Origin: a virus
Taxonomy: Duplodnaviria > Heunggongvirae > Uroviricota > Caudoviricetes
Length of the DNA stretch: 64,000 bases
Direction: 5' to 3' (one strand)
IMG/VR virus record: IMGVR_UViG_2609460060_000003
Location: 31,136 to 95,135 of that record
The position numbers were made by a program, and so were the translations under genes. Below the pieces are notes generated by a model. It searched no databases. It was not told the origin of the DNA and was given only the letters and a program-made list of their open reading frames with translations. Every line of letters begins with the position of its first letter. Positions within the stretch are counted from its first letter, which is position 1. Shown here piece by piece: positions 8,837 through 18,781 of this stretch.

Positions 8837-10033
8837 TCAGTTAGATCTGATAAATTCAATACGGTCAAAAACTGCTTTAGCAAAATCTTCCGCGGCAATT
8901 CGCGCGTTCTTCAATGCATCAGCACTACCAACATACGTTGCCGGGTTAGCTGAAATAACAGTGTCAAAAGACTCGCCGCAACGTTCAAAACCGTCAAGGC
9001 GAGGGAGGACGACATCGAGCATATCCCCACCGAACACTTCTTTAGCCAGGCTATGGCAATACTTATGATCTGCCTTGTTACTCAACTTGGACATAAAACC
9101 AATGTTAGTCGCAAGCTGGCACTCGCAGCCTTCATCCGAAATGAGTTTTACCAACTCAGGAAGGCGGGCAACGTATTTAAGCGATGAGTGGAAATCGACA
9201 GTTGCTGGCGGCAGAGGTGTAAACAGTATATTGGCCGAGGCCAAAGCATTTTTCAGGAAGGCGTCAAGGTGAGGACCACTATCAACGAGGATAAAGTCAT
9301 AATCGCTCTTCAGCTTATCAATCACATTTTCTTTCAGGACAGCATGGATGTTCTGACCCGGTAGATGCTCATTGCACAGCTCTCTCCAATCGGATGCAAT
9401 AAAGGCATCGTCAATCGACGCAGGCATAACGTCAACCCCAGGTACAACAGAAGGAACAATAAACTCCTCTAACAGCTCTTCACGGCTTACATTCTGCAAC
9501 ATAGCCTGTGCAGATGTTGCGTTTACGATACCAATAGAGTGTTTATGGCTTAAAAACATCGTTGCTGAAGATTGCGGATCAAGGTCAATAACCAGAATCC
9601 TTAAATCTTCCATCAGAAGATGAGGGTGAGCACGCATTGCATGCGCCAGAGAAACCGTCGATACAGTTTTAGACACACCGCCTTTAAGATTGGAGATGAA
9701 AATCACATACGCTTCGCTGTAGCGATCCCGGTATTTTGGCACTCCGCGATGTTCATATATGTCAATGATGTTCTGAATTGACATCGCATATTTCATTGAA
9801 GAGCCAGCAGGGCGTTTATCGAAAACATAACCCTTTTCTTCCATTTCACTTACGGCATAGTCAACGTTCGCTCGAGTCAGTAGAGGCAGTTTTGCCAGTG
9901 CCGCTTTCGCATAGACCTGGTAAAACTCGTTCGCGTGTAGCTCATCCTTTTGCAACTGTACTTGTTCAGTCAGAACATTGAGCATTCTGTTTGCTCTTTG
10001 AGCAACCTTGTGAAGCTGGCTGGAATCACTCAT
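8837..10033 (-). CDS. parA: ParA partition ATPase
   Basis: 398 aa; deviant Walker A KGGVSKT; N-terminal extension typical of type Ia ParA. Confidence 0.9.
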   Translation of the reverse strand: MSDSSQLHKVAQRANRMLNVLTEQVQLQKDELHANEFYQVYAKAALAKLPLLTRANVDYAVSEMEEKGYVFDKRPAGSSMKYAMSIQNIIDIYEHRGVPKYRDRYSEAYVIFISNLKGGVSKTVSTVSLAHAMRAHPHLLMEDLRILVIDLDPQSSATMFLSHKHSIGIVNATSAQAMLQNVSREELLEEFIVPSVVPGVDVMPASIDDAFIASDWRELCNEHLPGQNIHAVLKENVIDKLKSDYDFILVDSGPHLDAFLKNALASANILFTPLPPATVDFHSSLKYVARLPELVKLISDEGCECQLATNIGFMSKLSNKADHKYCHSLAKEVFGGDMLDVVLPRLDGFERCGESFDTVISANPATYVGSADALKNARIAAEDFAKAVFDRIEFIRSN

Positions 10034-10173
10034 CGAAAGTCATCCTTTATGCTGTATTTTTGAATTTAATTAAAAATGCTGCATAAAATAATAATGTATG
10101 CGTAGATGCTTGTACATAGCATTCTCTGCATGTTTGGTTCATTTTGCACGATAGAGAGTTGCAAGGAGGGCAC

Positions 10174-10194
10174 AAAAAAGCCCCGTTCAGGGGC
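10174..10194 (-). terminator. rho-independent terminator after the T5orf172-like gene
   Basis: Minus-strand GCCCC-TGAAC-GGGGC followed by TTTTTT, immediately 3' of the ORF ending at 10202. Confidence 0.6.
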
Positions 10195-10201
10195 ATCAGT
10201 G

Positions 10202-11011
10202 TTATTTGTTAAGAGCTGCGAATAATCGTTCGAAATCGATAGTATCTATAGCACGCGTAAGCGCCGGAAGTTCAGCCTCAAAGCACCCGTTTCGATCGTA
10301 AAAGAAGGGACCGAAGAGCGAGGCATGTTGGATTCTACTTCGCCCCAGTCCGGACACACAGTTAAGCCCATTACCGGCTAAAAGGCTAAAAAACTTCTCT
10401 GGATTATCGTGGTAAAGCTGGGAATCAATGGTGGCGGTTAACTCTTCCATAGGGAAGCACACCCGCCCTGTCTCCCAGGGATATTTAGTCCGAAGCGTAA
10501 ACATCGCTTTCAGCAATTCACATTGAGCGCGGATCGCGTCAGGTTCATAGCCAGATATGGAGACATAAGCCACATCCCTCATTCCTGCGTCATCTTTGAA
10601 AGTCACGATAGAAGTAACATCCAGTTCTTTTTCGAAAGAGCGAGCAGCATCTACTGGACGCTGAAGTAAATCATTCGACTTAATCCGCTCGAGAATCCCT
10701 CCCCACATATCATTTAGATATTCGATATGAGCCAAAACCTTATCAAGACACTCTCGTGTAAACCATTCAGTATGCCCGCCACCGGCGCTTTTCTCCCACG
10801 GCGCATTCCAGGGGAAAAAGGTTGCGTGTAAAGCCCGCTCAAGATTAACTATTGCCAAACGCGTACCACGATAGACCCGTGAAAGCGCAAAATCGGGATT
10901 CACTTGTAGCCCTTTAAACCGTGCCAATGGACCACATGAAATGCCGATTTTAAAAGTATCTCCGTTCTCCGGCACCAGAACGTAGAGGTAGTGTTGTTTC
11001 TCTTCTTGCAT
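10202..11011 (-). CDS. T5orf172/GIY-YIG-like domain protein with unassigned C-terminal domain
   Basis: 269 aa; YLYVLVPENGDTFKIGIS...LERALHATF...GGHTEWF fits the T5orf172 pattern (YxY-KIG-LH-EWF); own terminator; lies between incA and the parA promoter. Confidence 0.6.
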   Translation of the reverse strand: MQEEKQHYLYVLVPENGDTFKIGISCGPLARFKGLQVNPDFALSRVYRGTRLAIVNLERALHATFFPWNAPWEKSAGGGHTEWFTRECLDKVLAHIEYLNDMWGGILERIKSNDLLQRPVDAARSFEKELDVTSIVTFKDDAGMRDVAYVSISGYEPDAIRAQCELLKAMFTLRTKYPWETGRVCFPMEELTATIDSQLYHDNPEKFFSLLAGNGLNCVSGLGRSRIQHASLFGPFFYDRNGCFEAELPALTRAIDTIDFERLFAALNK

Positions 11012-11045
11012 ATCAATACCACTGCTTGATGAGAACCGCGCAAAT

Positions 11046-11302
11046 GTTGACTATGCGCGAAAGTTAATGTGAATAGTTGACTATGCGCGATGTGACTACA
11101 GTCAAAAGTTGACTGTAGTCGATTTAACTCCACCAAAAATCGACTATGTAAGATATTGTCGGGAGAAACGTTGACTATACGCGATGAAATGACCCTAAAA
11201 GCCATCTCAATAGCAGCTTGCAGAATATTGACGCCAGCAAAAATCCACCAGCGTCAACGAATGTCGCCTATAGTCAACTTCTCGCTATCGCATATAGTCA
11301 AT
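11046..11302. repeat. incA-type iteron array
   Basis: About 8 copies of a ~14-bp repeat (TTGACTATGCGCGA and variants) in both orientations, including a perfect palindrome GACTACAGTCAA-aag-TTGACTGTAGTC at 11093-11119. Confidence 0.7.
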
Positions 11303-11303
11303 A

Positions 11304-12224
11304 TTATGGATTGCGCTTATGGATCTGGAAGCCGATTTTCCTGCCGTTTTTTATCTCTGAAAATTTAAGATATTCAATAGCTTCCAAATCTTTCATGGCT
11401 TTTCTGATAACGCTATTTTGCACGCTAACGGATGATTTGAGATTAAGCCTCGCTCTAAGGCGCTCAATGCTGACAGGTGCCGGGTTGGCGGGTAGAGCCT
11501 CAAAGAATGTATACAGTACCTTGGCCGTCTCTTTGCGCCCTAGTTTATCCAGCATCTTCAGCTTCAGGATTCGCTTATAGTCAACATAGTAAAGTTCAGA
11601 TAGCTGTTTCTGCGGCTGGATCTCGATAACATCAAGCTCGGTATTCAGGCTGCTATATGCCAACAAGTTGACGTTAATGTTATTGAGATGACCTTTTGCC
11701 GCCGGGAAGCGGAATTTGACAACTGTCTGCTGAATGCGTGTCAGAGAGTCATCAATACTTTTACGGAACGCCTTTGAAAGGCGCTTACGTGGATAGCCGC
11801 ATCGATCGGCAAACTCGGAGAATGGCAGGGTGATTATGCCGTCATCATCAGGTGCGTAGTCAAACAACGCGGAGGTTATGCCCACCCACACCTTAAAATC
11901 AGTATCCATATCCAGGCGTGGACCATGAATTTCAATTCCCTCATAGCCTTCCTGCTCAACAATTTTGAGGCTTGATAGTTCTTCAGTTGCGTTCGTTGTG
12001 TTTGTTGTAACTGACGATCCGCGACGTAGCGCCACATTGGTAGATTTTAAGGTTGGCACAAACACACCTAAGCGCAACAAAGCGATGGGTTGTATAGTGC
12101 TGTTGTTATTGGGCTTCAGGCTGTGGATTTCTCCTGTATTTCCTGCAACTTCTTCAACGCTAAGGAAGCCTTTACTTTCTTCCGGCATCACGGTTTCTCC
12201 ATGTGTGGCGCGGCCTGACGTCAA
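11304..12224 (-). CDS. repA: RepA plasmid replication initiator
   Basis: Contains GPRLDMDTDFK and other segments recalled from P1 RepA; flanked by iteron arrays; true start may be the Met 12 codons in (12188). Confidence 0.8.
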   Translation of the reverse strand: MTSGRATHGETVMPEESKGFLSVEEVAGNTGEIHSLKPNNNSTIQPIALLRLGVFVPTLKSTNVALRRGSSVTTNTTNATEELSSLKIVEQEGYEGIEIHGPRLDMDTDFKVWVGITSALFDYAPDDDGIITLPFSEFADRCGYPRKRLSKAFRKSIDDSLTRIQQTVVKFRFPAAKGHLNNINVNLLAYSSLNTELDVIEIQPQKQLSELYYVDYKRILKLKMLDKLGRKETAKVLYTFFEALPANPAPVSIERLRARLNLKSSVSVQNSVIRKAMKDLEAIEYLKFSEIKNGRKIGFQIHKRNP

Positions 12225-12271
12225 TTTGGATGGCTGTTATCAACAGCTGTGAATATTCAGACTCTAAAATC

Positions 12272-12370
12272 GCTTACAGTCAATGTTTCTGTCGCGTATA
12301 GTCAACAATAAATCGCGTGCAGTCAACAATAAATCGTGCACAGTCAACATAAAATCGCGTATAGTCAATG
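12272..12370. repeat. incC-type iterons within oriR
   Basis: Direct repeats CGCGTATAGTCAAC / CGCGTGCAGTCAAC / CGTGCACAGTCAAC / CGCGTATAGTCAAT spaced at 22 bp. Confidence 0.75.
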
Positions 12371-12371
12371 T

Positions 12372-12480
12372 TGATCCCATTTCAGGCCAGTAATGACGCG
12401 GCTTACAGCGATCCGGGATCTTCTTTGGATCTTCCTAGGTTCTCTTTAGGATCTGTTTATTGGATCTATGCTGTGGATAA
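12372..12480. other. oriR GATC-rich segment with DnaA box
   Basis: Six GATC sites within ~95 bp, DnaA box TGTGGATAA at 12472-12480; a second near-consensus box TTATCAACA at 12237-12245 beside the repA start. Confidence 0.7.
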
Positions 12481-12523
12481 GTTGAATAAACCGGCCAACA
12501 AAGCCGGTTGGAAGGAAGTCATA

Positions 12524-12916
12524 TTATTCTACGCTTTCGATAAGAAGACCATGTTCATAACATTTAAGCTCATCGCCTTCATACAGGAATTGGTATCCAA
12601 CACCACCATCTTCATGGACATTAGGGAATAACTCATAACTCACTGAAGAGCAAATCACACCAATGCAGCGATCAACTCCTTCTCGTTCTTCAGTGCTGAA
12701 AAAATCCTCTTCGGTAAGAACATGAGTACATTGCTCATCAGCATAGGTCGGAAATACATGCTCAATGCAATCCGGGTGTTTTAAACCAAGCTGATCGGCA
12801 AGCTCGAAAGCACGACGGTATTGTTCAGATCCTGGCTTGCCAACAGTGATTTGCTCAATTTTGTAGATTGAAGTCGCTTTGTTGATAGTTTGCTTTACTG
12901 TTACTTTATCAGACAT
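12524..12916 (-). CDS. hypothetical protein (130 aa)
   Basis: ORF upstream of oriR; no recognisable motif. Confidence 0.4.
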   Translation of the reverse strand: MSDKVTVKQTINKATSIYKIEQITVGKPGSEQYRRAFELADQLGLKHPDCIEHVFPTYADEQCTHVLTEEDFFSTEEREGVDRCIGVICSSVSYELFPNVHEDGGVGYQFLYEGDELKCYEHGLLIESVE

Positions 12917-12927
12917 AAAAATCCCTT

Positions 12928-13260
12928 TTAGTTACCGCTAATAGCTCGGTTGTAATCATTAACGTTGCGATTCTTCCTGTTAATCCCCATCAGCATCGTT
13001 TCTGTATCGAGGATATACGCTGGCAGATCATCAAAATATTCACTGCTAAACTCTGGCATCCTGCACATAAATGCACTTTTGGGGGCAGGGTGGTTAACCT
13101 TTGTCGGCGTCGGCGTTAAATTCGCTGATCGACTCCCGGAGCAACCGCTGAGTGTCAGCAGGAATACGCTGGCGAACATTACCCGCCGCAACCAGTTGTT
13201 TCTGAACTTCAGCTTTTCGTTCCATTTGCCTGTCAGCATACTTGGCTTGTTCTGATTCAT
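12928..13260 (-). CDS. lipoprotein, o-spanin-like
   Basis: Signal peptide with lipobox LTLSGC; 3' end of the adjacent gene overlaps it in another frame. Confidence 0.5.
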   Translation of the reverse strand: MNQNKPSMLTGKWNEKLKFRNNWLRRVMFASVFLLTLSGCSGSRSANLTPTPTKVNHPAPKSAFMCRMPEFSSEYFDDLPAYILDTETMLMGINRKNRNVNDYNRAISGN

Positions 13261-13543
13261 TTTTCACTTCCTGGCTGTGAAAATGTTGCTCTGCTTTGTT
13301 CATCGTCTCAATGGTCTGGTTAAGATCCATTATTGACTTATCACGTTCCTTAACAGCCTGATCAAGACTGCCAATTTTCTCCATGGCTTGCTTTAGCTGA
13401 TGACGTTCCCATGCAAACCCAGCACCAACAAGTGCGCAAATCAGAACAAGAACACCAGTAGCAGCAAGTTTCTCCTTCAAAGACAAAGCTGTTTTTAACG
13501 TAGAAAAGAATGACATGTCTTCCTCCTGAAGAAAAATTATCAA
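13094..13543 (-). CDS. i-spanin-like membrane protein
   Basis: N-terminal TM segment ATGVLVLICALVGAGFAW then coiled-coil-like periplasmic region; overlaps the lipoprotein gene (Rz/Rz1-type arrangement); likely start at 13516. Confidence 0.45.
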   Translation of the reverse strand: MIIFLQEEDMSFFSTLKTALSLKEKLAATGVLVLICALVGAGFAWERHQLKQAMEKIGSLDQAVKERDKSIMDLNQTIETMNKAEQHFHSQEVKNESEQAKYADRQMERKAEVQKQLVAAGNVRQRIPADTQRLLRESISEFNADADKG

Positions 13544-13555
13544 TGAAGTCCTTTG

Positions 13556-14401
13556 TTACTGTGCCGCTTTGTTTAATTCATCAAGAACAGAATCAGGAAC
13601 CAAAGCGGCGACTGCGCTGGATGTGCTGGTCTTATTTGCTGATGCTTCCGCAAGCGCGGTACCGATAGCATGGTTATAAGCAGTTATGGCTACGTTGGCG
13701 CTTTCCTTCGCTCGTTCATACTGCTGTTGTAACGCAGTTGTGGGCGCTGTTGTCTGGTTGAAAACAACCCCAAACTGTTCAGTTGCTACTTTCAGAGATT
13801 CAATTTGCTCTTCTGTTAGTGCTGGTGGGGGAGTGGCAGTGCCGCCGCCTGAACCAGAGCCTGACGAGCTTCCTGAGCCAGTGTTAAGGGTCTGGTTAAT
13901 CTCCCCCATAGCAGCGACTAAACTTGATGTATTAAGCGCGTTAACAGCGTCCTCAAGCGATTTAGTAATATTCACATCACCAATGGCAATAGAGATCGGC
14001 AGTTCTGAAACTTCTCGCTCATTAGCACGGCAGTAAACATCCCAACCAATATCGAGTTGAAGCAGCATTGACAGATCTGCATAACCAGCCAACAGGTCCG
14101 CGTGCTTAGTTGCCAGTTCTCCAATGTTCGTTAAGCCGGTTGTGGTTGTTCTGATCGTTGAAACATAGCTGGTAATAGTGTCGGGATAGACAATTGTATC
14201 CAGAATTAATCCGGTCAATTCTTCTGCAAGCAGTTTTGCTGTGTTAGCACTGTTTCGTGCCGATGTTATGGCACCAGGTGTTTTCATCCCACCGGCGGCG
14301 GCCAATTTTTTATATGCGGATAACTGGTAGTCTTTTTCCAGCATGATATCTCCTAACTTACCTGAACCAGGCCGTCTCCGGCTGCAACGGTAGAGCCGCA
14401 T
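13556..14401 (-). CDS. hypothetical protein with Gly/Ser-rich linker
   Basis: 281-aa ORF; GSGSSSGSGSGGG linker; start may be internal. Confidence 0.4.
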   Translation of the reverse strand: MRLYRCSRRRPGSGKLGDIMLEKDYQLSAYKKLAAAGGMKTPGAITSARNSANTAKLLAEELTGLILDTIVYPDTITSYVSTIRTTTTGLTNIGELATKHADLLAGYADLSMLLQLDIGWDVYCRANEREVSELPISIAIGDVNITKSLEDAVNALNTSSLVAAMGEINQTLNTGSGSSSGSGSGGGTATPPPALTEEQIESLKVATEQFGVVFNQTTAPTTALQQQYERAKESANVAITAYNHAIGTALAEASANKTSTSSAVAALVPDSVLDELNKAAQ

Positions 14402-14637
14402 GAAACAGGATCACCAACGCATACGATCCCTTTCCCGTTGACGGTAAACCATGCCCTGGTTGATATAGCTTGCCCGCCGTGCGTGCTGTTCCCATCGGTA
14501 TGCTGTGCATATTGCTTACCATCAACTAACACTTCGACTCCGTTGACTTTAAGTAGTGGTTCACTCTCTACAGGAGGCCTGGATGGGAATCCTCCGTGCC
14601 CCGAACAAATGCTGTCTTTTGTTGCAATATTTGCCAC
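14353..14637 (-). CDS. PAAR-like small protein
   Basis: 94 aa, Cys/His/Gly-rich (ICSGHGG, VNGKGIVCVGDPVSCGSTV) in PAAR-repeat style. Confidence 0.45.
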   Translation of the reverse strand: MANIATKDSICSGHGGFPSRPPVESEPLLKVNGVEVLVDGKQYAQHTDGNSTHGGQAISTRAWFTVNGKGIVCVGDPVSCGSTVAAGDGLVQVS

Positions 14638-14718
14638 GTTATCACCAATGATTTGCTCTGATTTTTATTATTTTAACTTAGGTTGTTTGTGGTCTACATG
14701 GCGTTTACTTATTACAAA

Positions 14719-14735
14719 ATTGCTCTAATAAATAT
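14719..14735 (+). promoter_or_regulatory. C1 operator-like site
   Basis: ATTGCTCTAATAAATAT, 16/17 to recalled C1 operator consensus ATTGCTCTAATAAATTT; upstream of uhr-hrdC-dmt. Confidence 0.55.
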
Positions 14736-14806
14736 TGTTTTTTATGTCGTGTTTTCGGTACCATTCAGCCATCGCCCTTCAATGGGCATTTGTTTGGAGT
14801 CGTCAG

Positions 14807-15091
14807 ATGCAGATGGAGCTAATAAGCCGCAAGGAGTTCGATAGCCGTGTAACCAGCGGTGAACTCGACAACTTGCAGGCTATCAAGGTGAAAGAAGGCT
14901 TTTGCCTCATTGGGAATCAGAGCGGAACAAATCGCGTTTTTATGCTTCGCCGTACGGATTTGAAGCCATTTGTCTGGAAGAACGAAATTGGTCCCAGCTC
15001 ATACGCTCAAACGAGGGGGTGCCACAACCTGGCCTTTTTCTACAAAGACGAGCTTTCTGTGGTTGATATTCAAGGGTTACAACATGTTTAA
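14807..15091 (+). CDS. uhr: small protein upstream of hrdC
   Basis: ORF whose stop overlaps the hrdC start (ATGTTTAA); longest frame begins at 14735. Confidence 0.4.
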   Translation: MQMELISRKEFDSRVTSGELDNLQAIKVKEGFCLIGNQSGTNRVFMLRRTDLKPFVWKNEIGPSSYAQTRGCHNLAFFYKDELSVVDIQGLQHV

Positions 15092-15989
15092 GCACTGGAA
15101 AAACATTACTATTTATAAACTTTCTCGTGAGGCGGATCTGACCGACTTAGAAGATAAAAAGAAAATGATCCTTTTCACGCCATGCGGTAGTCAGGATATG
15201 GCCAAGTTCGGTTTTGTATCGCCATTTGGTGATAATTCCGAAGTTATCGCTATGCATGGAAATGGTTTTATCCTTGTTGAAGCAAAGCGCGAAACAAAAA
15301 TTCTTCCCCCGCCGGTTATCCAGCGAGCTATTCAAGAAAAAATTGAAAAACTTGAGCAAGAACAAGCGCGTAAACTGAAGAAAACAGAGAAGGACTCCCT
15401 GAAAGACGAAGTTCTACATTCTCTTCTGCCACGGGCTTTTTCAAAGTTTTCTGTTATCCAGGCGATCTACGACGGTTCAACTAAACGTATCTATATCAAT
15501 GCCAGCGCGCGGCAGGCAGAGGATATGCTCGCGCTTATGCGTAAGTCTCTGGGGTCTCTTCCTGTTGTTCCCCTGAGTGTTGAAAATCCCATTGAATTAA
15601 CGCTGACCGACTGGGTACGTGATGGTAGTGCTCCACAGGGATTTCAAATGGGGGATGCGGCAGAACTTAAGGCAGTGCTTGAGGATGGCGGTATTGCCCG
15701 AGTGAAAAAGCAGGATTTGGGAAGCGATGAAATTTCCACACACTTGGAAGCAGGCAAGCTCGTCACTAAGTTGGCACTCGACTGGCAGAACCGCATTAAA
15801 TTTACACTGGACCATAACTTCAGCCTTACCAGCGTCAAATTTGCGGATGAATTGCTTGAGCAGAACTCTGATATTGATAGTGAAGATGTTGCGCAGCGAC
15901 TGGACGCAGATTTCTTCCTGTTGACCAGTGAAATTTCGTGCCTGGTTGATGCTCTGGTAAATGCCCTTGGTGGAGAGGCTAAGCAGTGA
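15084..15989 (+). CDS. hrdC: RdgC homolog (recombination-associated protein)
   Basis: 301 aa; long identical stretches to recalled E. coli RdgC ([59 protein letters not shown]). Confidence 0.85.
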   Translation: MFKHWKNITIYKLSREADLTDLEDKKKMILFTPCGSQDMAKFGFVSPFGDNSEVIAMHGNGFILVEAKRETKILPPPVIQRAIQEKIEKLEQEQARKLKKTEKDSLKDEVLHSLLPRAFSKFSVIQAIYDGSTKRIYINASARQAEDMLALMRKSLGSLPVVPLSVENPIELTLTDWVRDGSAPQGFQMGDAAELKAVLEDGGIARVKKQDLGSDEISTHLEAGKLVTKLALDWQNRIKFTLDHNFSLTSVKFADELLEQNSDIDSEDVAQRLDADFFLLTSEISCLVDALVNALGGEAKQ

Positions 15990-18574
15990 AAGAGCTGTGC
16001 TATGGATCTGTTTGCAGTGGAATTGAAGCCGCGAGTATTGCCTGGGAACCGTTGGGTATGCGTCCGGCGTGGTTTGCTGAAATCGAGCCTTTTCCATCTG
16101 CCGTTCTTGCGCACCGCTGGCCCCATGTCGCCAACCTTGGCGACATGACAAAACTTGCCAAAAAAGTCCTGGCTGGGGAAATCGAATCCCCTGATGTGCT
16201 CGTCGGGGGAACACCTTGTCAGGCATTCAGTATCGCTGGATTACGTGGTGGGCTTGATGATGAGCGTGGCGCGCTAACTTTAAAGTATGTGGAGCTTGCA
16301 AATGCAATTGACGACAAACGGGCTGAGTCATTTCTCAAACCAGCCGTTATCGTCTGGGAAAATGTCCCAGGAGTCTTGTCATCGGCAGATAACGCCTTCG
16401 GATGTTTCCTTGCCGGATTGGCTGGAGAAGATGCGCCATTTGAACCAGGTGATCGACCTGAATCAGGAAAAAGTAACGCGTTCTGGCGGTGGGATGGCAA
16501 AACCGGTTGCCATGCTCCAAAGTGGCCGCAGTGTGGTTGTATTTATGGACCGCAGCGAAAGGTGGCCTGGAGAATCCTTGATGCCCAATACTTCGGAGTG
16601 GCACAACGACGCCGACGCGTGTTTGTTGTCGCAAGTGCTCGAACAGACCTCGATCCCGCAACGGTACTTTTTGAGTTCGAAGGCGTGCGCCGGGATATTG
16701 CGCCGAGCAGAGGCGAGGGGAAGGAAGTTGCCGGAAATGTTGGAAATGGCATTAAAAGCGGGAGCCATTGGGATAACCCTGTAAATCCGCACCCGACACT
16801 TAACCAGTCACACAATACTGGCGGGATCGGCGCAAGTAACCAGGAGATTTTTGCGCAGCGCGGAAGTGGGCTTGTTGGTGCTTATCGAATGGTTGCATTT
16901 GGCGAATATGCTGATGATGAGACTGCTTCTACTGTCAAGGCCAGAGATTTTAAAGATGCAACCGATTTAGCAGTTTTCAGTAGTACTGGTGCTGGTATTT
17001 GGCGTGAAGGTGCAGGCACTCTTCGTGCCAGATCACAAGAAAGTCACGAACATCTGGCAGTGATGGCTATTCATGGAACACAAGATCCTGATGTTAATTG
17101 TGAATTGGCACATACTATTGGTCGTAACCATGGTCAAGAAAATGCAGTCGTAGCTTTTTCCTGCAAAGATTATGGACAAGATGTTTCTATTGAATGTTCT
17201 CCGACTTTACGATCTGGTAATGCTGTTAATAGCAATCCAAATGCAGGATGCCCACCAGCTGTTGCGTATTCGCTACAACATGCACAAATTGGGCGAAAAG
17301 ATGATGCTGGACCGCAGGGTAAAGGGTGGCAAAAAGAGATAAGTTTTACTCTTGATTCCCGCGCTACAGCTGACGCCGTTGCGTTATCTTTTGGGGGGCA
17401 GAAAAGTATTGAAAAAGGCAATTTAGGTGAGAATGGTTACTTACCTCATATGATGAGTGTTCGCCGTCTTACCCCTGTTGAATGTGAAAGGCTGCAAGGT
17501 TTTCCTGATGGGCATACGTTGATCCCTACGGAAAAGCGTAAAAAAGTTTCTTCAGATGAACTGGCATACCTTCGCAATAACTATCCTGATTTAAGTGAAG
17601 AAGAGGCCGCGATGCTTGCAGCTGACGGACCGCGTTACAAAGCGATCGGCAATAGTATGGCGATACCAGTAATGCGCTGGATTGGCGATCGGATTGCCAA
17701 GGCTGCATGTCGGCAGAAGGAAGGGAGTGAAACAAAAGAGCGAAAAGTTAAACCAGCGGCAGAATTCGAACGGTCCATATTCAAATGGGCTGGTGGAAAA
17801 TTTGGTGTTCTGGAACAAATCTTTCGCTATTTGCCAGAAGGGAAGCGCCTGATTGAACCTTTCGTTGGTGGCGGAGCTGTCTTCATGAATGCCGGATACC
17901 AGGAAAATCTGCTAAATGATGTGAATGCTGACCTGATTAACTTTTACAAGACTTTGCAACGTGAGGAACGTTCACTTATCACTCTGGCGCATCGGTTTTT
18001 CCAGGACTACAACACACAGGAAGGATACCTGGCAGTACGGAGTGCGTTTAACAAACAAGTCTATGATGATTTACATCGCGCAGCGGCGTTTTTGTTCCTG
18101 AACCGACATTGTTTTAACGGATTGACGCGTTACAACCAGGCCGGTGAGTTCAATGTCGGTTATGGGAAGTATAAAACTCCGTATTTCCCATTACAGGAGA
18201 TGGAAGCCTTCCTCGGTGCGGAAGGGCGGTCTGAGTTTGTATGCGGTGATTTTGCAGCGGTGATTGAAGCTGCCGGAGAAGGTGATGTCATCTTTTGCGA
18301 TCCGCCGTATGAACCGCTTCCAAATACAGAGGGATTCACGAACTATTCCGGTCATGACTTTAAGTTTGAAGAGCAAAAACGCCTGGTGTCTCTGTTGACG
18401 GATGCTCATCGTCGAGGTGCAAAGGTTCTCATTACTAACAGTGGCGCGCCAAACATCAGAGAGCTTTATCATGACAGTGGCTTCAGAGTGGAACATCTTT
18501 TTGCCAGACGTTCTGTGTCTTGTAAGGGGGACACTCGAGGTGTAGCTCATGACGTTTTGGGTATATTGCTCTAA
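15986..18574 (+). CDS. dmt: bifunctional DNA methyltransferase (N-terminal C5-cytosine, C-terminal Dam-like N6-adenine)
   Basis: 862 aa; [12 protein letters not shown] (PCQ) and ENVPG motifs at N-terminus; FVGGGAVF and FCDPPYEP (DPPY) motifs at C-terminus. Confidence 0.8.
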   Translation: MKELCYGSVCSGIEAASIAWEPLGMRPAWFAEIEPFPSAVLAHRWPHVANLGDMTKLAKKVLAGEIESPDVLVGGTPCQAFSIAGLRGGLDDERGALTLKYVELANAIDDKRAESFLKPAVIVWENVPGVLSSADNAFGCFLAGLAGEDAPFEPGDRPESGKSNAFWRWDGKTGCHAPKWPQCGCIYGPQRKVAWRILDAQYFGVAQRRRRVFVVASARTDLDPATVLFEFEGVRRDIAPSRGEGKEVAGNVGNGIKSGSHWDNPVNPHPTLNQSHNTGGIGASNQEIFAQRGSGLVGAYRMVAFGEYADDETASTVKARDFKDATDLAVFSSTGAGIWREGAGTLRARSQESHEHLAVMAIHGTQDPDVNCELAHTIGRNHGQENAVVAFSCKDYGQDVSIECSPTLRSGNAVNSNPNAGCPPAVAYSLQHAQIGRKDDAGPQGKGWQKEISFTLDSRATADAVALSFGGQKSIEKGNLGENGYLPHMMSVRRLTPVECERLQGFPDGHTLIPTEKRKKVSSDELAYLRNNYPDLSEEEAAMLAADGPRYKAIGNSMAIPVMRWIGDRIAKAACRQKEGSETKERKVKPAAEFERSIFKWAGGKFGVLEQIFRYLPEGKRLIEPFVGGGAVFMNAGYQENLLNDVNADLINFYKTLQREERSLITLAHRFFQDYNTQEGYLAVRSAFNKQVYDDLHRAAAFLFLNRHCFNGLTRYNQAGEFNVGYGKYKTPYFPLQEMEAFLGAEGRSEFVCGDFAAVIEAAGEGDVIFCDPPYEPLPNTEGFTNYSGHDFKFEEQKRLVSLLTDAHRRGAKVLITNSGAPNIRELYHDSGFRVEHLFARRSVSCKGDTRGVAHDVLGILL

Positions 18575-18593
18575 TAAATTTATTAGTGTAATA
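18564..18593. promoter_or_regulatory. C1 operator (perfect consensus) plus overlapping inverted partial copy
   Basis: ATTGCTCTAATAAATTT 17/17 at 18564-18580, overlapping the dmt stop codon; AAATTTATTAGTGTAAT on the other strand. Confidence 0.6.
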
Positions 18594-18756
18594 TCGCCTC
18601 AATGAATCGTGATTTATAGAGCGATTTAGCTGTTAGCCGCGACAGGCGCGGCGGTAAGCATGGCTGGGCCTAGTCCTCCCAGACAAACCACCGAGTTGCC
18701 AGGTTGACCATGCGCCTAAGTGGCAACGCCGAAGTGCGTTACGAGCTTCCAGTTTG

Positions 18757-18781
18757 CCCATCTTCGGGTGGGCGTTTTTTT
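18757..18781 (+). terminator. rho-independent terminator
   Basis: GCCCATC-TTCG-GGTGGGC followed by TTTTTTT. Confidence 0.55.

Noticed and set aside
11046-12370. Regularly spaced short repeats that could be mistaken for a CRISPR array
   Set aside because: Repeats are ~14 bp, degenerate, occur in both orientations, have no unique spacers of constant length and flank repA; they are replication iterons (incA/incC).
16219-17421. Minus-strand ORFs inside dmt and hrdC (16219-16500, 16463-16792, 15597-16226)
   Set aside because: Antisense to well-supported genes with strong motif content; no ribosome-binding sites; shadow ORFs.
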